DNA of 64,000 nucleotides from Dendrobates tinctorius (Eukaryota): NCBI RefSeq assembly GCF_039654945.1, contig NW_027361725.1, positions 14,632,001 to 14,696,000 of the forward strand, read 5' to 3'. Shown piece by piece: positions 62,425 to 64,000 of this stretch (position 1 is its first letter; each line of letters starts with the position of its first letter). The notes under the pieces were generated by a model. It saw only the letters and a program-made list of their open reading frames with translations, ran no database searches and was not told where the DNA came from. The position numbers and the translations under genes were made by a program.

Positions 62425-63218
62425 ACTGACCCAGAATTATCACCTGCATTATACTCCAGAGCTGCACTCACTATTCTGGAGGTGGAGTCACTGTGTACAT
62501 ACACTACATTAGAGATTCTGAGTTACATCCTGTATTATACTCCACAGCTGCACTCACTATTCTGCTGGTGCAGTCACTGTGTACATACATTACATTAGAG
62601 ATTCTGAGTTACATCCTGTATTATACTCCAGAGCTGCACTCGCTATTCTGCTGGTGCAGTCACTATGTACATACATTACAGATTCTGAGTTACCTCCTGT
62701 ATTATACTCCACAGCTGCACTCACTATTCTGCTGGTGCAGTCACTGTGTACATACATTATATTTCTGATCCTGAGTTACATCCTGTATTATACTCCAGAG
62801 CTGCACTCACTATTCTGCTGGTGCAGTCACTGTATACATACATTACATTAGAGTTTCTGAGTTACATCCTGTATTATACTCCAGAGCTGCTCTCGCTATT
62901 CTGCTGGTGCAGTCACTATGTACATACATTACAGATTCTGAGTTACCTCCTGTATTATACTCCAGAGCTGCACTCACTATTCTGCTGGTGCAGTCACTGT
63001 GTACATACATTACTGATCCTCTACTGATCCTGAGATACATACTGTATTATATCCCAGAGCTGCACTCACTATTCTGCTGGTGCAGTCATTGTATACATAC
63101 ATTACTGATCCTGAGATACATACTGTATTATACTCCAGAGCTGCACTCACTCTTCTGCTGGTGCAGTCACTGTGTACACACATTACTGATCCAGTACTGA
63201 TCCTGAGATACATCCTGT
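62425..63218. repeat. ~80-90-bp tandem repeat, ~9 copies
   Basis: Core CTGAGTTACATCCTGTATTATACTCCAGAGCTGCACTCACTATTCTGCTGGTGCAGTCACTGTGTACATACATTAC. Confidence 0.92.
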
Positions 63219-63597
63219 AGCTCTTTTTTATTATAAAAGTATCAAAACACAATACATAACAGACTACATAATACAAAACACAATACATAGCAGACAAACA
63301 ATGCTCCCGACATAAATATTTGTGCAAACCTCGCAATTTTACCTGATCCCCCAGGCTTTCCAGCCTAGAGGGCCCCAGCAGGATCCCTCCACCCCTATAC
63401 AACTTGAAATAAAGAAACCCCTATGTAACACATTCATCCCCTACGCACACCCTTTCACACTCCATTCGCGCTTTGCACCCATACCTATATACAAGTAATA
63501 AACAAAAAAAACCATATTCCGGCCCTTCTGCCTTAAAAAAAAACCATAGCCACTTATACTGGCAAAACCCCAGCACCAGCCTAACACCTCTACGAAA

Positions 63598-63629
<32 letters not shown>

Positions 63630-64000
63630 AATAATTTTTTTTTTTCCCCTCTTTTTTTTTTTTTTTTTTTTTAATTTATTTATCATCCCCCCACCACACC
63701 CAAGGTCCAAAAGTCCATGGCCCATTACACGAAACACACAAGGTCCATCAATGTTCATGGCCTATCACATCTATCTCTTGGCAAAAACAGTTTATGCTCC
63801 AAGAGGAAAACCCTCACCCGGCTCCACCCAAAACCTATGCTATTTACCACGTGGTCCATTCTTCTTTTCCTTTCCACGATTTGTCCATCCACTTTCCCTT
63901 CGGATAAAGGTCCTCTTTTCCCATTCTCACCCCCCATTCACCCCCCTCCCAACCTCACTACACCCTCCCATGCACTCCTAACTAAAACAAAAGAAAGTAT

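Noticed and set aside
63220-64000. G-poor, T-run-rich end of the window (possible LINE tail)
   Set aside because: No recognisable ORF or termini; may be low-quality sequence.

Overview
Vertebrate genomic DNA, most likely from a frog (inferred from the TTAA/T2-type MITEs, Harbinger MITEs and Tc1 families). Four spliced genes can be reconstructed by hand. (1) A complete 5-exon SOUL/heme-binding-family gene (soul3-like, + strand, 1351-36061, 273 aa). (2) FANCM exons 1-4 (- strand, 53036-48090). I could not find exon 5 anywhere in the window, so the soul3-like gene appears to be nested antisense in a FANCM intron 4 of more than 48 kb. (3) A complete FKBP3 (+ strand, 53227-57709, 225 aa), head-to-head with FANCM, with a U12-type last intron. 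(4) The last three exons of an FAU-type FUBI-eS30 gene with a divergent, Cys-rich ubiquitin-like domain (- strand, 62220-60422). The introns hold two full-length chromodomain Ty3/Gypsy elements (26119-31895 and 38461-44075), both on the - strand. Neither has a tRNA primer site; both show a Tf1-type self-priming complementarity. The second also carries a PEG10-like GGGAAAC slippery site plus pseudoknot that is now out of register with gag. Also present: a nearly intact Tc1 transposon, a solo LTR, many nested MITEs and several minisatellites. All calls are manual and no database search was run.
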